From Vicugna vicugna (taxonomy: Eukaryota), in contig MU058478.1 in the NCBI GenBank assembly GCA_013265495.1, positions 187,816 through 251,815 of the forward strand: a stretch of 64,000 nt of DNA. Reading direction: 5' to 3'. The notes under the pieces were generated by a model, which saw only the letters and a list, made by a program, of their open reading frames with translations, was not told the DNA's origin and did not search any database. The translations under genes and the position numbers were made by a program. How positions within the stretch are numbered: the first letter of the stretch is position 1; every line of letters begins with the position of its first letter. Of this stretch, positions 12,987 to 27,899 are shown in pieces.

Positions 12987-14207
12987 AAGACAGGGTCTCT
13001 CTTGCTGAGCCAGACAGACCTGCAAGCCAGAAGGGCGTGACTCAGGGCTGGATGCCTCAACCTTTGCCACGTACGGGACTCAAATTTCCCCAGGGCTAGG
13101 ATGGGACTCTGGAGGAGGGACCAGTTAGGTCCAGATAACGGATGCTTCTAATTGGAAAGGGAAAGAAAGGAAGCAGACAGGCAGAATTTTCCTAGTAACA
13201 CATCATCGTGGTCTTCCGAGAACATCCCTGGCCCCAGAATGCAAGTGCTTATATTTTAACTCATTACTTAAAATTTAACCAAAATAATGTGTTTTTCTTT
13301 TAGAAGGTGATTTCACAGAAGGTACAAGTTTACATGGTACCACTAACAAAGAGATCCTTGGAGCTGCTTCCTGATTACAGGAATCCATTTCTGGACCCTC
13401 CAAGGACAGCAATTATGCAGATTTATGTAAATCACCTATGCAAATCACCTTCTAAATAAAGTGTGCAGGGGATGAGAGCAGAACTGAGAGCTGTGGCTTG
13501 TCAGTCTAAAGCTGCTTAGTGGGGAAGGATGCGAACCCTGATGCAAACAGAAGCTGAATGATGGAAGGTCAACCTTCCTTCCTGCATTTCTTTTGGAAAT
13601 AATTGAATTTGCATGAGATACCACGTTACTCCCTTTAACAAGACTGCAGTGTCTCCGTAGGTATCTTAAATACTAAGGAAGACAGATTTTTCTAGCCAAA
13701 AACAGCAGCCAAGTCAATATGGCATTGAGCCTCCAGGCATAGCTTTGGGATGGTATTACCACGTCTTCCAAGCCTTTTCTCCAAGTTATGGGCCATGTCA
13801 ACCTTACAGCCTCTCCTGATCTCTTCCCTGGGTCTCAGCTTTCCAGGGTCTGTCATCGCAGAGAAGGCGACATGGTGCACGTATGGAGTAGGAAGGCTGG
13901 GGCCTCCACCTACACCAAGAGCTTCACGTTGGCTGCGGCTATTCATTCTAGTTGTTCGTTGATTTTAATAAACATACTGTAAACAATCTGTTGACTTCAC
14001 CTGTGGGTGTAAATCAAAGGAGCATATAAGGAAAGGTGCTTTCAGGCCATCAGAAGCATTAAGGAAATCTTCACAAAATAAAACAGAGAATTAGACTGAA
14101 GAGGAAAGAGAGAGAGAGGAAAAAAAAAAAATAACAGAGTCCCAAATCCCAAAGTGAGTGCACAAACCTCACAAGAAACAGATACACAGACAGGAGAAGG
14201 CAGTCAG

Positions 14208-14730
14208 TGTTAATCGAGTTCAAACTCGTTTGTTCTGCACGCTGCATGACAGGCCAGTAAATCAGGAGATGAGGTGTTGGGGCGGGGAAGAGCAACTTTA
14301 TTCAGAAAGCCAGCAGACCGAGAAGATGGGGGACTCGTCCTGGAGAACCATCTTTCCCAGGTCAGAACTCAGGCTCCTTTTATGCTAAAAAGGGGGAGGG
14401 GTGTAGTTGTTTGTTGCAAACTTTTTGGTGCAGGAATCCTTTGTTCTTGCAGCTGTCCCGGGGGTCAGGTCATGGTGCCCCTGCAAACCTCCAGCAAAAC
14501 AAAGGTTATTTTCTATTCTGCAACTTGTTATCTTTATATGAGTGCAGAAGTGTTAACACCCTTAAAGTTCAGAGCCTTGAGAATGGGCTCTCCTGTGTAT
14601 TTCAGGATAAAGTCAACATTATTTCACAAAAGGAGCAGAGCCAGCAAGACTGAGCCTGGAAAACAGGGCACAGGGTTAAAGCCAAAGGAACAGATTTAAT
14701 GTGGAGTCAGATTGGTTCTTTTCTGTTACA
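14208..14730 (-). mobile_element. ERV1-type solo LTR, family A copy 2
   Basis: tgttaatcgagttcaaact...ttctgttaca with perfect 4-bp TSD tcag (14204-14207 / 14731-14734). Confidence 0.9.
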
Positions 14731-14999
14731 TCAGAAGGGTCTTCTCTCTCCACCCATCAATTGGTTTACTTCTCCACCCACTGTTTGCTTCTCCTCCTCC
14801 ACTGACCCTTCCCAGGGTCTGGCTTCCCTCCAGATGGCTCTGCGTACATCAAAGGTGAGTGGCCAGCCAGGGGAGTGATAAGTAACGTTGCTAAGAAGCA
14901 GAGCCAACACCAGGTGAAGCCCAGCAGACAGGTTAAGAGTCGAAACCATCCGAGAAAGGCCACCTGCTCAAGAGGGATGAATCCAGAGCTGTCCCCTCT

Positions 15000-17150
15000 T
15001 TGCTCTAACTGCAGCTTGCACTGTTGACTTTAGGAAGCAAGATTGTCCTGATACGGAAGTGACCTCCGCATCTCCCTCTAGCCATCCATTCAGTCTTCCA
15101 TTGATAAAATTGAATCAACAGTCACGGAGCATGAGGCATATAAGGGAAGCCAAGAGCTCAAGAAGTAGACCAACAGACCCCAGACGAAGCAAAGATACCT
15201 AATCTTTCTAAAAGAGTTTGAGCATATTTTGATTCAGATTCTAAAAATCCCACTTCTCAGCTGTCTGTCTATGACAGTGGATCTCAACCTGGGTGATCTG
15301 TCTTCCCCCCACGGCTCCCCCAGGGAACGTCTGCAACATCAAGAGATATTTTTCTTACTGGTCTTTGATGGGAAGAAGCCAGAGTTTCTGCTAAACATCC
15401 CACAGGGTCTCAAATGATTAAACATGTACCCAAAACAAAAGAAGAAGTGAAGGGTAAACTTACTGACCACATGAGACTAGAACCCCAGACAGTGATAGGT
15501 ATTTTGCTAATAAAAGTTGAGAAAATTGCCAATATTTGAAAAATAAGTTTATCAAAAATAGGAGAAGGAAGTTGACAGCTGTAGAGACAAGACTGGATGT
15601 GTCTTGGGTCCATTTATGATCATCCAAGCCTCAGAAAACAGCGGAGAAAGAGGGAGATAAAACAAATAAACAACAGATGGATGTTTTCCTGAATTTGAGT
15701 TTGAAAAAGCATACTGGTGTGTCTAGCTTGATTAAGAAAAATGACCCACATTCAGAAAAAAAATCCTTCTGAAATTAAAACTCTGCTGTGGTGATGAGAA
15801 CGATAAAATCCTGAAAGAAGCTGGATGTGGAGGAGGTGAACACGGGTAAGGATGGTTTACTTTTCCAGAAATTCAAATCAAAGAGATGCCAGGCAAAAGC
15901 AATGCTTAAAATTCCGAGAGAAAACTGCAATTGTACTTCAACAATCGACCTAATAAATTTTAAGGACACATAAGATTTTATTTTGGAAGTGAAAGAAAAA
16001 TTCTTATATAGAAAAATAAATATATATTTTGAATAATAAGTCAAAGCAAGTTATCCTTGTAAAATTGACAACACAGATGTCACAAGATACAGAAAAATAA
16101 TGTTTTTAATTAACTAACACAGTTAACATTTTCCCTATAGTTTTTATATACATAATACATTGAATGTTGACTTATTATGAAGCTGAGTACTTATTACTCA
16201 GTGAATGCAGATAAATTGAAACATTTGAGAGATAAAGAACCCAGAAATAGGTTCACACATATGTAGGTACTTGATACATGAAGATATAACACTGCAGACC
16301 AGAGAGAAATAGACAGTCCACTTAATGAATGATTCGGGATCAACTGGATAACCACAGGAAAAAAATGAATTTTAATCCTTCCTTCAATGCCACATTTAAA
16401 AAATTAAATTACAGGCACACTCAAGATTTAAAAATAAAAGGCAAAATAAGAAAGTTTTTGGGAAAAAATGTAACATTTTTATAAACTTCAGATAGGGAAC
16501 TTTTCTGGGGTCCCCAAAATTAATAACCATGAAAAGTAAAAGATGGATAAATTGAGCTATTAATAGTGATTATCTTCAAAGTTACTAAAAAAGCGAAAAA
16601 TTAAAACACAAAGAGGTAAAAGTGTTTGCAACATATATGATCGACACCAGCCTCATAACCAAAATGTAAAATTAGATCCTAATAATTCCTGAAGACAAGG
16701 TCAGACCATCCAAGAGAAAAAAAAAATGGCAAGAGGCTTGAATAGATGCTTCACCAAAAAAAAAATCAAAAAGTTGATTCACATACAAAAATGCACTCAA
16801 TCTCATTCATAAACAGAGAATGCAAGCTAAAATTTGAAAAATGCATTGAGATGCCACTACCAATAATTTAGAATATTTGAACGTAAGACCGACTGAACTG
16901 AGAGCTGGTGTTAATACAGAGGAATTTCGTGCACTGCTAATGGGAGCATTAATCGGAAAACTAGCTTATATCCCATAGTTACATGTAAATATGTCTGAAG
17001 TGCCAGAAATTTCACTGCTGGTCATACTCAACAGAAATGCTTTCATAGCAGAGGCATATCAATAATATTCAATGTCATTTATCAAGTCCAAAATCGAAAT
17101 TAAACCAGTTATCACCATAATATTTCCGATACTTGAATACTTGAAACATA
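15000..17150 (+). mobile_element. Old L1/HAL1-type fragments
   Basis: A-rich plus strand with degraded L1 ORF2 3' motifs (agaacccagaaataggttcacacat, gaatagatgcttcaccaaaa). Boundaries approximate. Confidence 0.55.
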
Positions 17151-20100
17151 CACTTGAATACTATCTTTTATTTCAAATTTTTTAAATCGCATACTTTTTT
17201 CTTTTTTTCTTTTTCTTTTTTTCTCTCTCTCTTTTCTTACTTTGTCGATTTTCTATAGCTCTTCAATAATCCTGTTATCACCAAGAGAAATTCATTCATC
17301 TCGTTTGGAATGCAATTTACCAGACCCAAAGTTTTGGCTTCTTTTCGGAAGACCTCAAAGCACTTGTGAATAATTTTCCCTGCTGACCATCTCTCTCCTC
17401 TGCCTTCACTGATCATAAGCAGAAAGTTAAATCCCAGTTTCTGTAGCCCGTATTGCAGTCCTCAATTCTAGGTTTTCAATGTGTTCGTCTTGTGCACTGC
17501 ATTTGTAAGGATACACAAAATTTCTGCTCATTCTTGATTTTTCTGAACTTCTATCTCTTTTCTTTTTAAATCAGGTTTTTTTTTTAAAAAAAAAAGCTTG
17601 TTGGAGATTAACATATGTTAAAAAATTCATTTCCTTCCTCATTTCCTGAATTATAAAGATTTTTTTTTTTACGTTGGAAATTCAGAACGTCCCTTTTGAA
17701 ACCCTGCTAATATTTTGACACATATCAGATGTGGGAAATTGTAAGACTGTTTTGTTTTCAGAAACTTTTTGAAGGCTGTTTTCTTAAAGTGCAAGAGAGA
17801 GGTCACACTTAGCTCTCAGTCTGTTTTTCATTTTTTCCTCCAAATTCCATCACTTTTATGTCAGTTTCTCTTCTCTGTATCTCTCTTTTCAGAGTTAACG
17901 AACTTCAGTTTTTTAAATAAATAAAGGATGAGGTGGTTTCTGAACCACAGGTTTCAAGTTGTTGTCCTCACCCACAGTTATTTCTACAGGAAGTTAAATC
18001 TCTTATTTTTCTCGCCAGACAGCCAAGTTTTAGCCAGATGCTCAATGAAATAAAAAAGTGACCTTTTAGCCAATAAAAGGCAATCTTTGGAAGCCACGTC
18101 CTCTTATAAAAAGAGATAATTATATTACCATCTCCAGGTATTTGAACGATGGAGAGATTTTGCCAATTAGCAGTTGAACCAAAGATAGGACATTGAACCA
18201 CTGTGAAAAGTAGAGGCGTGGAGGTCAACTCCACACACAAGGCACAGTTAAGGGTGGTTGTCGGTCCTTCCTGAGCTGTGGGAAGCTTCCTCGATTTCTT
18301 CCTTCTGATTCAAATGAATTAAAATGTTTCGAAGAAATGCAATGAATGGCGGTGCTCATTCTTCTGTCTTTTCTCTTTTTCTTTCTCATCCCCTCTCTCG
18401 CCGAGTTCCAATAACTGCTCTGCCTGTGTTTCCCTTCGGACCTAGAGGTGGTGATGGTCTAGAGGTGGCCATAGTCCGGAGAACAGCTTCCTTTTCTCAT
18501 TTTCCCACATCCTGCCCGCACCTGCTCAGATGATCACATTACTAAACTCATCACTAGTTACCTGTTTGGACCACGCCGTCTGTGTTCTGCCAGGACCCTG
18601 ACTTACTCCCGAGGGAAGAAAAGGAAAACGATGAAGTATACAGACTGCTAAAATTGACGACAAACATGAAGCAAAATGCTGACAAGGATGGAGAGTACCC
18701 GGTCCTGACAGCTTACATGTTCCAGCTCCGGAATCAGACTAAATTGTTCTCTCAAAACAAACAAAATGAAACAGAACGCTCTTGTGTCACACGGCTCATT
18801 AATGAATGGCACCATCGAGCCCAGAAATCAAATCAATTAATTTGGTTCAAAATCTTTTTTTTTTTTTCCTTTTCTTTCCTAAATTTTTTTTTCACGTAGA
18901 TCAACTAAGTCACTTGATTTTTGCAAGATGCACGATGCCATATTCATACCCAGGTCTTTATTATTATCCTAAGAGCTGGGGTTTCTCTTTAAGTTCGTAG
19001 GAGATTTTCAAGCATGTTCAATGCTACTTGATGACTCAGATGAATCCGGTCTTCTGAACACGAGAGCGATACACCATGTAGAGTTCTGCTGACTGCTTTC
19101 ACGGTCAGATAAATAATAGCATTATAAAGACAATGGATCTTACCACCCATTTCAGATTTAATACTATTTCTCCACTTTTGAGGACACTTGACAGGCACTA
19201 AATTATTTTTTAAACCATCTCTAATCTAGGCTTACCTGTGAAGAGAAAATCAAGACCAGATAACCTCACTGCCAACTCGAACAATGAGTTTTGCTTTTCA
19301 GGTAGAGGAAGCGTATTTGCCTGGCTCGGTAAAAACTGATGTATGTGAAGAACATTTTTTTTATTTAATTTTAAAATATGTTCTACATGAAACATAAAGT
19401 GAGTCAACCCGACAATAGCTTTGGCTGACGCACGCTGTAAAACATGGTCCATGACATACTGTCATTGCTTTGCGCTATAAAATAGGGTTTATAGCATCAT
19501 TATCTCTCACTCACACCCGTGTACAAGAAAGACAAAATGATGGCCAAACAGGAGAGAAGCTAACATTTTTTATAAAATGTACAGATCTAGCCATTTCTAT
19601 TAATCCAGCTTTGGAATGTGTCCCCTAAGTGTCCAAGCAAAAAATTGATCTGCATATATTTTTGTCGTAGTGGTTTCAGGAAGTCTGCTCAGTAAACTGC
19701 ATTCTCACCACCATGAGGACAGCCCACCTGTGTGTGGATGTTATACCGTGACATCCCCTCCACCAGCATCTCTACACGGTGGCTTTCTTTGTGCCGCTTA
19801 GAAGTTGGGTGTCATTTAAAAAATATTTTATTTAATATTGTATTATTTTTCAAATTGTTTATGGGTGTCATTTTCCATTCTATTAATTTTTTTTTCATTT
19901 TTAGTATATGAAATAACCATCTGCTAAACCTCTTTGACCCTTGAGTAAAAATGAAAGATTATAGAATAACTTGAAGAAGCATGAATAAATGTAGCTCCAG
20001 TTTTAATTTTATTTTATTCTTTCTCTGGCTAACTTTGAAATGAGGTTTAGAAAGGAAAAGTTAACGCCTCTCTAACCTCGAAACTCAATCTCAACTTCAG

Positions 20101-21633
20101 CGTTGGCTAGTTTGGACGAGGTGTTTCATTAGTGAGACACGCAGCTTTGTGGTCATAATAAAGACCTAAATATTTTCTTCCTTGAAAATAAAAATATATT
20201 CAAGATAATTGAATGACCCTACGAAATAATACTTACGATAGTAGACTTTTTAACATAGAAAGGTCCACATTTAACTCTCTTATCTCTGTTTTTTAAAGTT
20301 CACAAAAAAGTTCACAACATGCATCTCAATGTTTGAAACACAGAACTAACATTTTTTAAAATTATTCAGTGAGTAAATAAATGGAAAATATATTTGGTAA
20401 GTAGTGCCTTTTTGTTATGAGAATTAATAAAAAATGTTTAAAGGTATTTATTTTGATCGATACAGTGGGAGGGTCCAGATTTTAAGTAACTATGAATATT
20501 TCCAGCTGCTTAACGAGAGACCTGAGAAGCTGAAATTCAAGAAGTTCTACGAAAATTTGTCAAATTGCGAGAGTACAGGAAACAGGGGAAAAATGTATTA
20601 CTGGTTCTCACAGAATTCAGGAGCTAGGAAACTGCTAACTTCCATCGATTTGTCAGAGTAAATAAAACTTTATTTTTTTAAAGGAGTAAAATATATCTCA
20701 TGCTTCACAAGAGTTTGTGAGTAAACAATATCAAGGTGCAGAGAGTTAATGGTACCCCTTCAGAAGCCCCAATCTGATTAAAAATAAAAGTTTGCATCAG
20801 CAAAGACCATTCACACCTGTGGGAACGCATGACCTGGTGAGTGGAAAAAAGGCAGTGCACTTTGCGGGGTGGGACCTGAGCCAGGTAAGGGCTTGGTGAA
20901 CACAGATCTGCCATTTCACTGCATCTCTAGAGTTTTGGTTCACCGGCCTGGGGACCACACATGAGAATTGTCACCGGACGGTAGGAAAGCTTCCTTGTTT
21001 CTCTGCACCCGAGGTTCCCATTCTAACTGTCACAATGGGGGCCACTTAAACTTTCTGGGCTAATTCAATGCTGGCTGATGGCCCTGGGCCATTTTCACTT
21101 TACATCAAAAATGATGGGATATGTGAACATTTATGCCTGCGGTTGAACCGTGGCTTCCACTCATATGCTTCTATGTGCTTTTTCTCAAAACTTCCCAGAA
21201 AGGAATAAAAGGGTTTAGTCCTCAAGGAAAATACATCCTTGTGACGAGGATCGCAGCCCCCAAGATGTCAATACAAATCGGGGAAGGGGAAGGGGATGGA
21301 TGACAGTAACTACCTCCGAAAATGAGAAGAAAGTGCAACCTAACTGTCCATCCTGGGGTTAGATTAGGGGAAGCATGTTTGCAGAATGTCAGCGAAACTG
21401 GAGGCGCCAGATACGTGTGAAGGTTAAGATCGGTGAGTCTCCCTTGAAAAAGGAAGATTTTCTGCAGGAGGGGATGTTAGGTTAATTCCCAAATCGTAAG
21501 CACTCAGATAGCATCTCTTCTTCCTCACTGGCAGATAAAGAGGGCACGCCTTTCTTAGGAATTTGAAATAGAGATTGGTGGGTTTGGGCACACCGGGTCC
21601 AAAAGACGTTAGGAAAGTCTTAAATTGTGATAT

Positions 21634-21810
21634 AATAAAACAACAAGGTTGCCTACTGTACGGCACAGGGAACTACATTCAATACCTCATAATAACCTAT
21701 AATGAAGAAAAATATGAAAAATATTATATATATAATGGTATTACTATGTTGTTCACCAGACATTAACACAACATTGTAAACCGACTATACTTCAATAAAG
21801 ATAAATAAAT
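21634..21810 (+). mobile_element. Short 5'-truncated L1 3' end
   Basis: caacaaggttgcctactgtacggcacagggaactac...gactatacttcaataaa. TSD aaattgtgatat (21622-21633) / aaatggtgatat (21811-21822). Confidence 0.85.
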
Positions 21811-22899
21811 AAATGGTGATATCTCCAGCCCTTCCGCTGCTTGTCTTCTAGGATGACAGAAGCCAAGACGACAGCCTTACCGTGTAAGATTCCACTCTGG
21901 GTTAACAAATTCCTACAAAGGAAAATGCTCAAAAATACTAATAATTTTGAATCTCCCCTGAAATACAACTTTGGCTTCACTTCATCCCCATAAGTGAGGA
22001 CCTACATTACCAACATCTGACCAAACCAATCACACAGCCTGTGTCTGACCATCTCTTTTCCATCATATCAGAGAGCAGACGGTGATCACCAGACAGTCGG
22101 AAAACGCTTCTCCTATAAAGACAGGGACCAAAACAATGAGGGCGAAAAACACCCAGAGGAAACAGAAAGGGCGATGAAGCTTACAAAAGTAAAGGAAAAA
22201 TGCAATCCTAAAATCATCCATGAGTTAAGACAGTCCACCCATGAAGCAAGATGCTGTTAAAATAAAATATAAAACAAACCCCATAAATCATAAAAAAAGA
22301 GAGAGTTTTGGAATTAAACATATAATGGCAGGGATTCAAACTGTGGTAGAAAGAAAAGTAAAGCTAAGGGAATTTCCCAGAATTAGAAAATAAAAGACAA
22401 AAAAAAGCAAAGAGAAAAGTAAAAATATAAGCTTAATTCAGGCGATTATATGTCCAAACAAAGGGAATGCTAGAAACAGAAACAAACAAAGATGAAAGGG
22501 AAGCTGTGAAGAGAAACAAACAATAAAAGAGCAAAAGGGAAGTTGTCAAAGGAATTAAGAGAGGGAAATTTATCAGAACTGAAAGATGAGGGTAGAAAGA
22601 TTGACATTATCCAGGGGGAGCAGGAGAGGAGAAAGGAAATTATTTTCTCTGGGAAAAATGAAACAGGATGCCTGGGCTGTGTGGCGTAGCCATTACAGAG
22701 CTGGGAGCCTAGCAAAATTCAGGATGTTTTTAGCAGGTGAGAGGGCATAAGAGATGAAGGGAGACAACGAAGTGAAAAAATTTGGACGATCAAGCTGGAT
22801 GCTGAACAGCGTGATTTCAGGAAGGCACTGATGCCCTGGGAAGTTCTGGCGCCCGGTGAGGATGAAGGGGTTCACGGTGAGATTGTCTTAAGATAATTT

Positions 22900-23247
22900 G
22901 ATGGTTGACATCATTTGAGTGGCATGTGTCGTTTGTATAACTCTTTCCTTACTCTGTGTGTCCTTGCCCACAACGCACACAGAAAAGCCCATGGTTGGGG
23001 GGACGCAGGGGCTAAACCACAAAGCTAGTTACATTATAGTGAGCACTGGGTCATGTCGGGTCGGGTCCTTGTCTCCATCACCCAGCTGCATCCACCTCTA
23101 TCTGGTTTCATACTGACCCTCATTTAGAGAAAGGAAAACCCTTTGAAACCCCTTATTCTGAGGGTGAGCACATCATTATCTTCTGGATTGTTCCCTCCCC
23201 TCTCCCCTTCCCTTGCCCCATTTCCTTACCTTTCTAACTGTCTAACA
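22900..23247 (-). mobile_element. ERV1-type LTR, family C copy 1 (left boundary uncertain), inside an old L1/HAL1 fragment
   Basis: Shares cacacagaaaagcccatgg...ttacattata(g/c)tgagcactggg...cattatcttc with 62778-63344; ends tctaaca. Confidence 0.65.
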
Positions 23248-26200
23248 ACAGGATTTTTTTTTAACTCTTAAAATCTTCCAGAGAGGAGAACCACAAATTT
23301 CGATAGAGAGGATGGCTCATCTGATTGACATTAGCTTTTGCAAGGGTGATGCTGGGAGCCGAGAGACAATGGAGCAAAACCCATAAAATAACAAGGGAGA
23401 ATAATTTCCAGTCGAGAAAATGTATTATCATCTAAGCTTTGCAATGAATGGAGATGGTTACTGCAGATCTATACAGATCTCCAGGTCTACATCCCACGAA
23501 GAGTTTTTCAGAAGGTAGTGGAGGGTGTCAATTTTTGCCCTCCTACCCCAACCAGTTGCCCAAAGGTCTAAGAGCAGAAGAGAAATAAATAATGTCCAGG
23601 CAAGGATGAGGGGTACAGGAGTGGGATGTCAGGAATGGGATGATTTGGGAGAACAGCAAGACAACAGATCCAGGGAGTGTCCAGTGAAGACCTGGTCCAA
23701 GGGAGGAAAAAAAAAATCAATCGATTGCTTAAATGATTTAAAAATATTTAAATGCATTCATTTTCTTCAGATCATGTAAAAAGATAATAATTGAAATGAA
23801 AGGAAACATAAGACGGTTGTGAGTGCTGACTTAAAATATGCAAGAAGAATTCTAATTATGTTATATTATTTGGCACAACTACAAACAATATTGGAGGTAT
23901 ATATATATATATGAGCTAAAACTTTAACTTCTATATTGAGAACACTATACTACACATCTAAAACAAAAAGAAATAACTCTGTAAGTGTTATATGGAAATA
24001 CTGGACATGCATGTATAGCAAAACATAAAATATCAAAAAAATTGACTCTAAGAAGCAAGAATTTGGGTTGGAAAGGCAAAGGAGAGAAGAAATTTTTTGT
24101 TAGAATGCAAGCAGCATCATTGGACTTTTTAGACTTGTATATTTATTACATTAAGTTTAATATCTGATTGCTATTTTGTTTTAAAGTAAATTAAGGAAGG
24201 AATAAATTACAGAGAGTTGAGTTATGATTAAAACAATTTAATCCTTTGTAAAAAATGTTATTTGAAATTTCAATAAGAGTTAAGTCGGCTTCAGTGGGGG
24301 TTTTTTTCCCCCACCCATTCATGTCAGTTCCAAGAGCAAAAGAGAGAAAAATATAATTCCTTTAACTTTCCAGAAATGTAAATCCACCTCATACCGAAGT
24401 ATGTTAAATGGCCATGTCATTATAACAAGGAAGTGTGTTATTAATCGTAAGACTGAGCTTCTGCAGTTGTGGGAAATGAACTGGTTCCCCACGAGTAATT
24501 ATTAAGTGTTAAATCCTAGATGGCAGCTGCAAGGAAAGCAAATGTGGGCGCTGTAAACAGAACAATTCTATGATTTTGCGTTTAACCTGTGAGCAGTTAT
24601 ATCCTGTGATCAACTGCCTTTGGGGGAAAAAAATGCTCAGAATTTCACTTTAAATAAATGGCATCTTACCAGATGGACTTGATCACAAATAATCCAACAA
24701 TGAGGCAGAGATTCATTCCTGTTGAGAGAAGTCATAAACAAGAGAAAAAAAAAAAAGAGGAAAAATGGGCAAATCAAATGATCTAAAGTCAAATAAATGA
24801 ATAGAATATTTTTTTCACTTCTACGCCTTAATTTCTCCATATTCCTTTATCCTTCTTAAAAAAGGCTTAATACCAGAGGAGGAGGGAAATGGATGCAGAC
24901 CAGAAATGCCTGTTTAATAAAAATAGAGACAATTTTACACCTGGCATGAAGTATCTTTGTTTCTTAAATATTCTGCAAATTCATTTACAGAATTTTCTAA
25001 TATGTGTTACATATGAACATCAGTAATTAAATTATACAGTCGTGAAGTGTTTTAATAGAATTTTTAGTCAGTTAATTTGATGCAAATATTTTCACTATTT
25101 TAAATTTGTAATTTGAAACTATTTCATATCTTAACATTGCCTTCTCAATACCAATTAACAATAATTATCTGTACCCATGAAGCTCCCCCTAAAGATTATG
25201 GACAATGTTATTAAACTTTTCCCTCCATTATCAGATTTAGCTTGATCAAATGCATTTTCAAAGGCACAAATCAGTGCTTTTTTTTAAAAAATAGACATCC
25301 TGCAGTGTGTATAATTCTAAGCCAGAATTCTGGGTCTAATCCACAAAAAGTAAAACCCAAATGGAAGAAAAGTCATCGTTGAAGTGAAGAAAGCATAATG
25401 AAATAGTGTTATTCTAAGAGCATTCTGGGGCGTGCACGGAATTTCACAAGTGTGAAGGGGGTGGTGAAATTCCAATTTAGATCAGGGAAGCATGAGTTTT
25501 GTGGAGAACATGCATAGATGGAGATGGGTTACAGGAAATGATTACCACTGGGAATAAATATGGCTGGAAAAAAATACATGTGTGAGAGAACTGATAACAT
25601 CACACCCTCCCAGTCAGTGTCTTCACTCGGACCCCATCTTGCAAAGCAGACTCCTTGTCCATCTTTTTTTAGATCCCACATATAAGTGAGCTAATGCAGT
25701 ATTTGTCTTTCTTTGTCTGGCTTATTTCACTTAATCTCCTCCCAGCTCTTCCGTGTTGTCACAAATATCAGCCTTCTTTTTTATGGCTACATAATATTCC
25801 ATTATGTAGATATATGTTCCACATTTTCTTTATGCATTCATCTCTGAACAGACACTTAGGTTCTTTCCATGGCTTGGCTCCTGTGAATCATGCTGCAGTG
25901 AACATGTATGCATAATATATAGTGTTCTGAGTACCTGATAAATATTTTTTTAAAAAGTAAATTTATGTCTGTATCTATCTCCAGCAGTGGGAATGCTGGG
26001 TCCTATGGCTGCTCTATCTTTAATTTCCATGGAACCTCCATACTGTTTTCCAGGATGACAGGGTCAGTCCGCATTCCCACCAACAGTGCACAATGGTTCC
26101 CTTTTCTCTACATCCTCATCAACATTTCCGATTGTTTGTCTTTTTAGTAATAACCATCCTAACAGGTGTGAAGTGATACCTCATTGTGGTTTTGATTTGT

Positions 26201-27490
26201 CTTTGCCTGATAATTAGTGATGTTGAGCACCTTCCAGTGGCATCTGTATGTGTTCTTTGGAAAATTGTCTGTTCAGATTGTTTGCCCATTTTTAAGTTAG
26301 CTAATTGGGTTTTTTGTTTTTGTTTTTGTTTCATTTTGTTTTGTTTTAATATGGAGTTATATGATTTCCCTGTATAGTTGGGATATTAACCCCTTATTGG
26401 ATACGTGGTTTGCAAATATTTCCTCCCAGCTATAAGTTTTATCTTCATTTTTTTGATGGTGCTCCTTTGCCAAGCAGAAGCCTTTTGGTTTTATATAGTT
26501 CAACTTACTCCATTTTTTTCCTTTTGTTGCACGTGCTTTTGGTTATCTTTTCCAAGAAATCATCACCGAGACCAATGTCAATAACATTTCCCCCTGTGTT
26601 TCCTTCTAAAAGGTTGACAGTTTCAGGGCTTTTGTTTAAGTCTTTAATCCACGTTGAGGTTTTTTTTTTGTTTGTTTGTTTTTGTTTTTTGCATATGGTC
26701 TGAGATAAGAGTCCGCCTTCACTCTTTTACTGTGGATGTCCAGTTTTCCCATCACCATTTATTGAAGAGACTGTTTTTTCTCAACTGCGTATTCTTGACA
26801 CACCTGTCATAGATTAGTTGACTGTATGCATGAGGGTTTATTTCTGGTTAATTCCAGTTCCTCTGTTCTAGTACATTGACCAATGCTTTTTTTTAGTGCC
26901 AATACCATACCGTTTTGATTACTATAGCTTTTAAATATAGTATGAAATTAGAAAGTGTGATCTCATCCACTTTCTTCTGCTTCCTCAGGATGTCTTAAAT
27001 GGCCTTTATTATGTTGGGGTACATTCCTTTCATAACTAACTTCTTGGGAGTTTCTATAATAAAATGATATTAAATTCAATTTTGTCAAAATTTTTTCTTC
27101 TGAATCTACTGAGATAATCATATGATTTTATCCCTTATTTTATTAATATGGTATGTCACTTTTAGTGATATCTACAGTCTGAAAAATCCTCACATCCCAG
27201 GAATAAATACTACTTGATCACGTTGCATCCTTCTTTTAATGTGCTATTAAATTTGATTTGTTAGTGTTGTATTGAGGAGTTTTGCACCAGTGTTTATCAG
27301 AGATATTGGTCTGTAGTTTTATTTTCCTGTAATGTCCTGGTTTAGCTTTGCTATGAGGGAATGCTGGCTTCATAAAATGAGTTTGGGCATTGTCTTCCAG
27401 TCTTCTCAATTTTGGTAAGGTGCTCTGTAGCCCAAATTATGATCTATCATTTAGAATATTCTGTAGATGCTTCAAAACAATGTGTATTAT

Positions 27491-27594
27491 TATTCAAATG
27501 AATATTTGTATATTCATGTATGACTGAAGCATTGTGCTGTACACCAGAAATTGACACAACATTGTAAACTGACTATAACTCAATGAATAAAAAA
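27491..27594 (+). mobile_element. Very short young L1 3' end nested in the old L1
   Basis: catgtatgactgaagcattgtgctgtacaccagaaattgacacaacattgtaaactgactata plus A tail. TSD aatgtgtattat at 27479-27490 / 27595-27606. Confidence 0.85.
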
Positions 27595-27899
27595 AATGTG
27601 TATTATGTTACTTTTGGATGGAATGTTTTATACACATCTATTAGGTGCATGTGATCTACAGTGTGATTCAAGTCTGCTTTTCTCATTGACTTTTTGTCTT
27701 GATAATCTAGACAATATTGAAGGTAGGGTATTGAAATCTTTTACTGTTATTGAATTGCTGTTATTTCTTCCTTCCCATCTGCAAATGTTAAATTTAAATT
27801 ATTAGGCACTCCAATCTTGGGTATACACTCTTGTTGAACTGACTCCTTCATCACCATATAATGACTTTCTTTGTCTCTTGAGCTGAGTTTGAATGAAGG

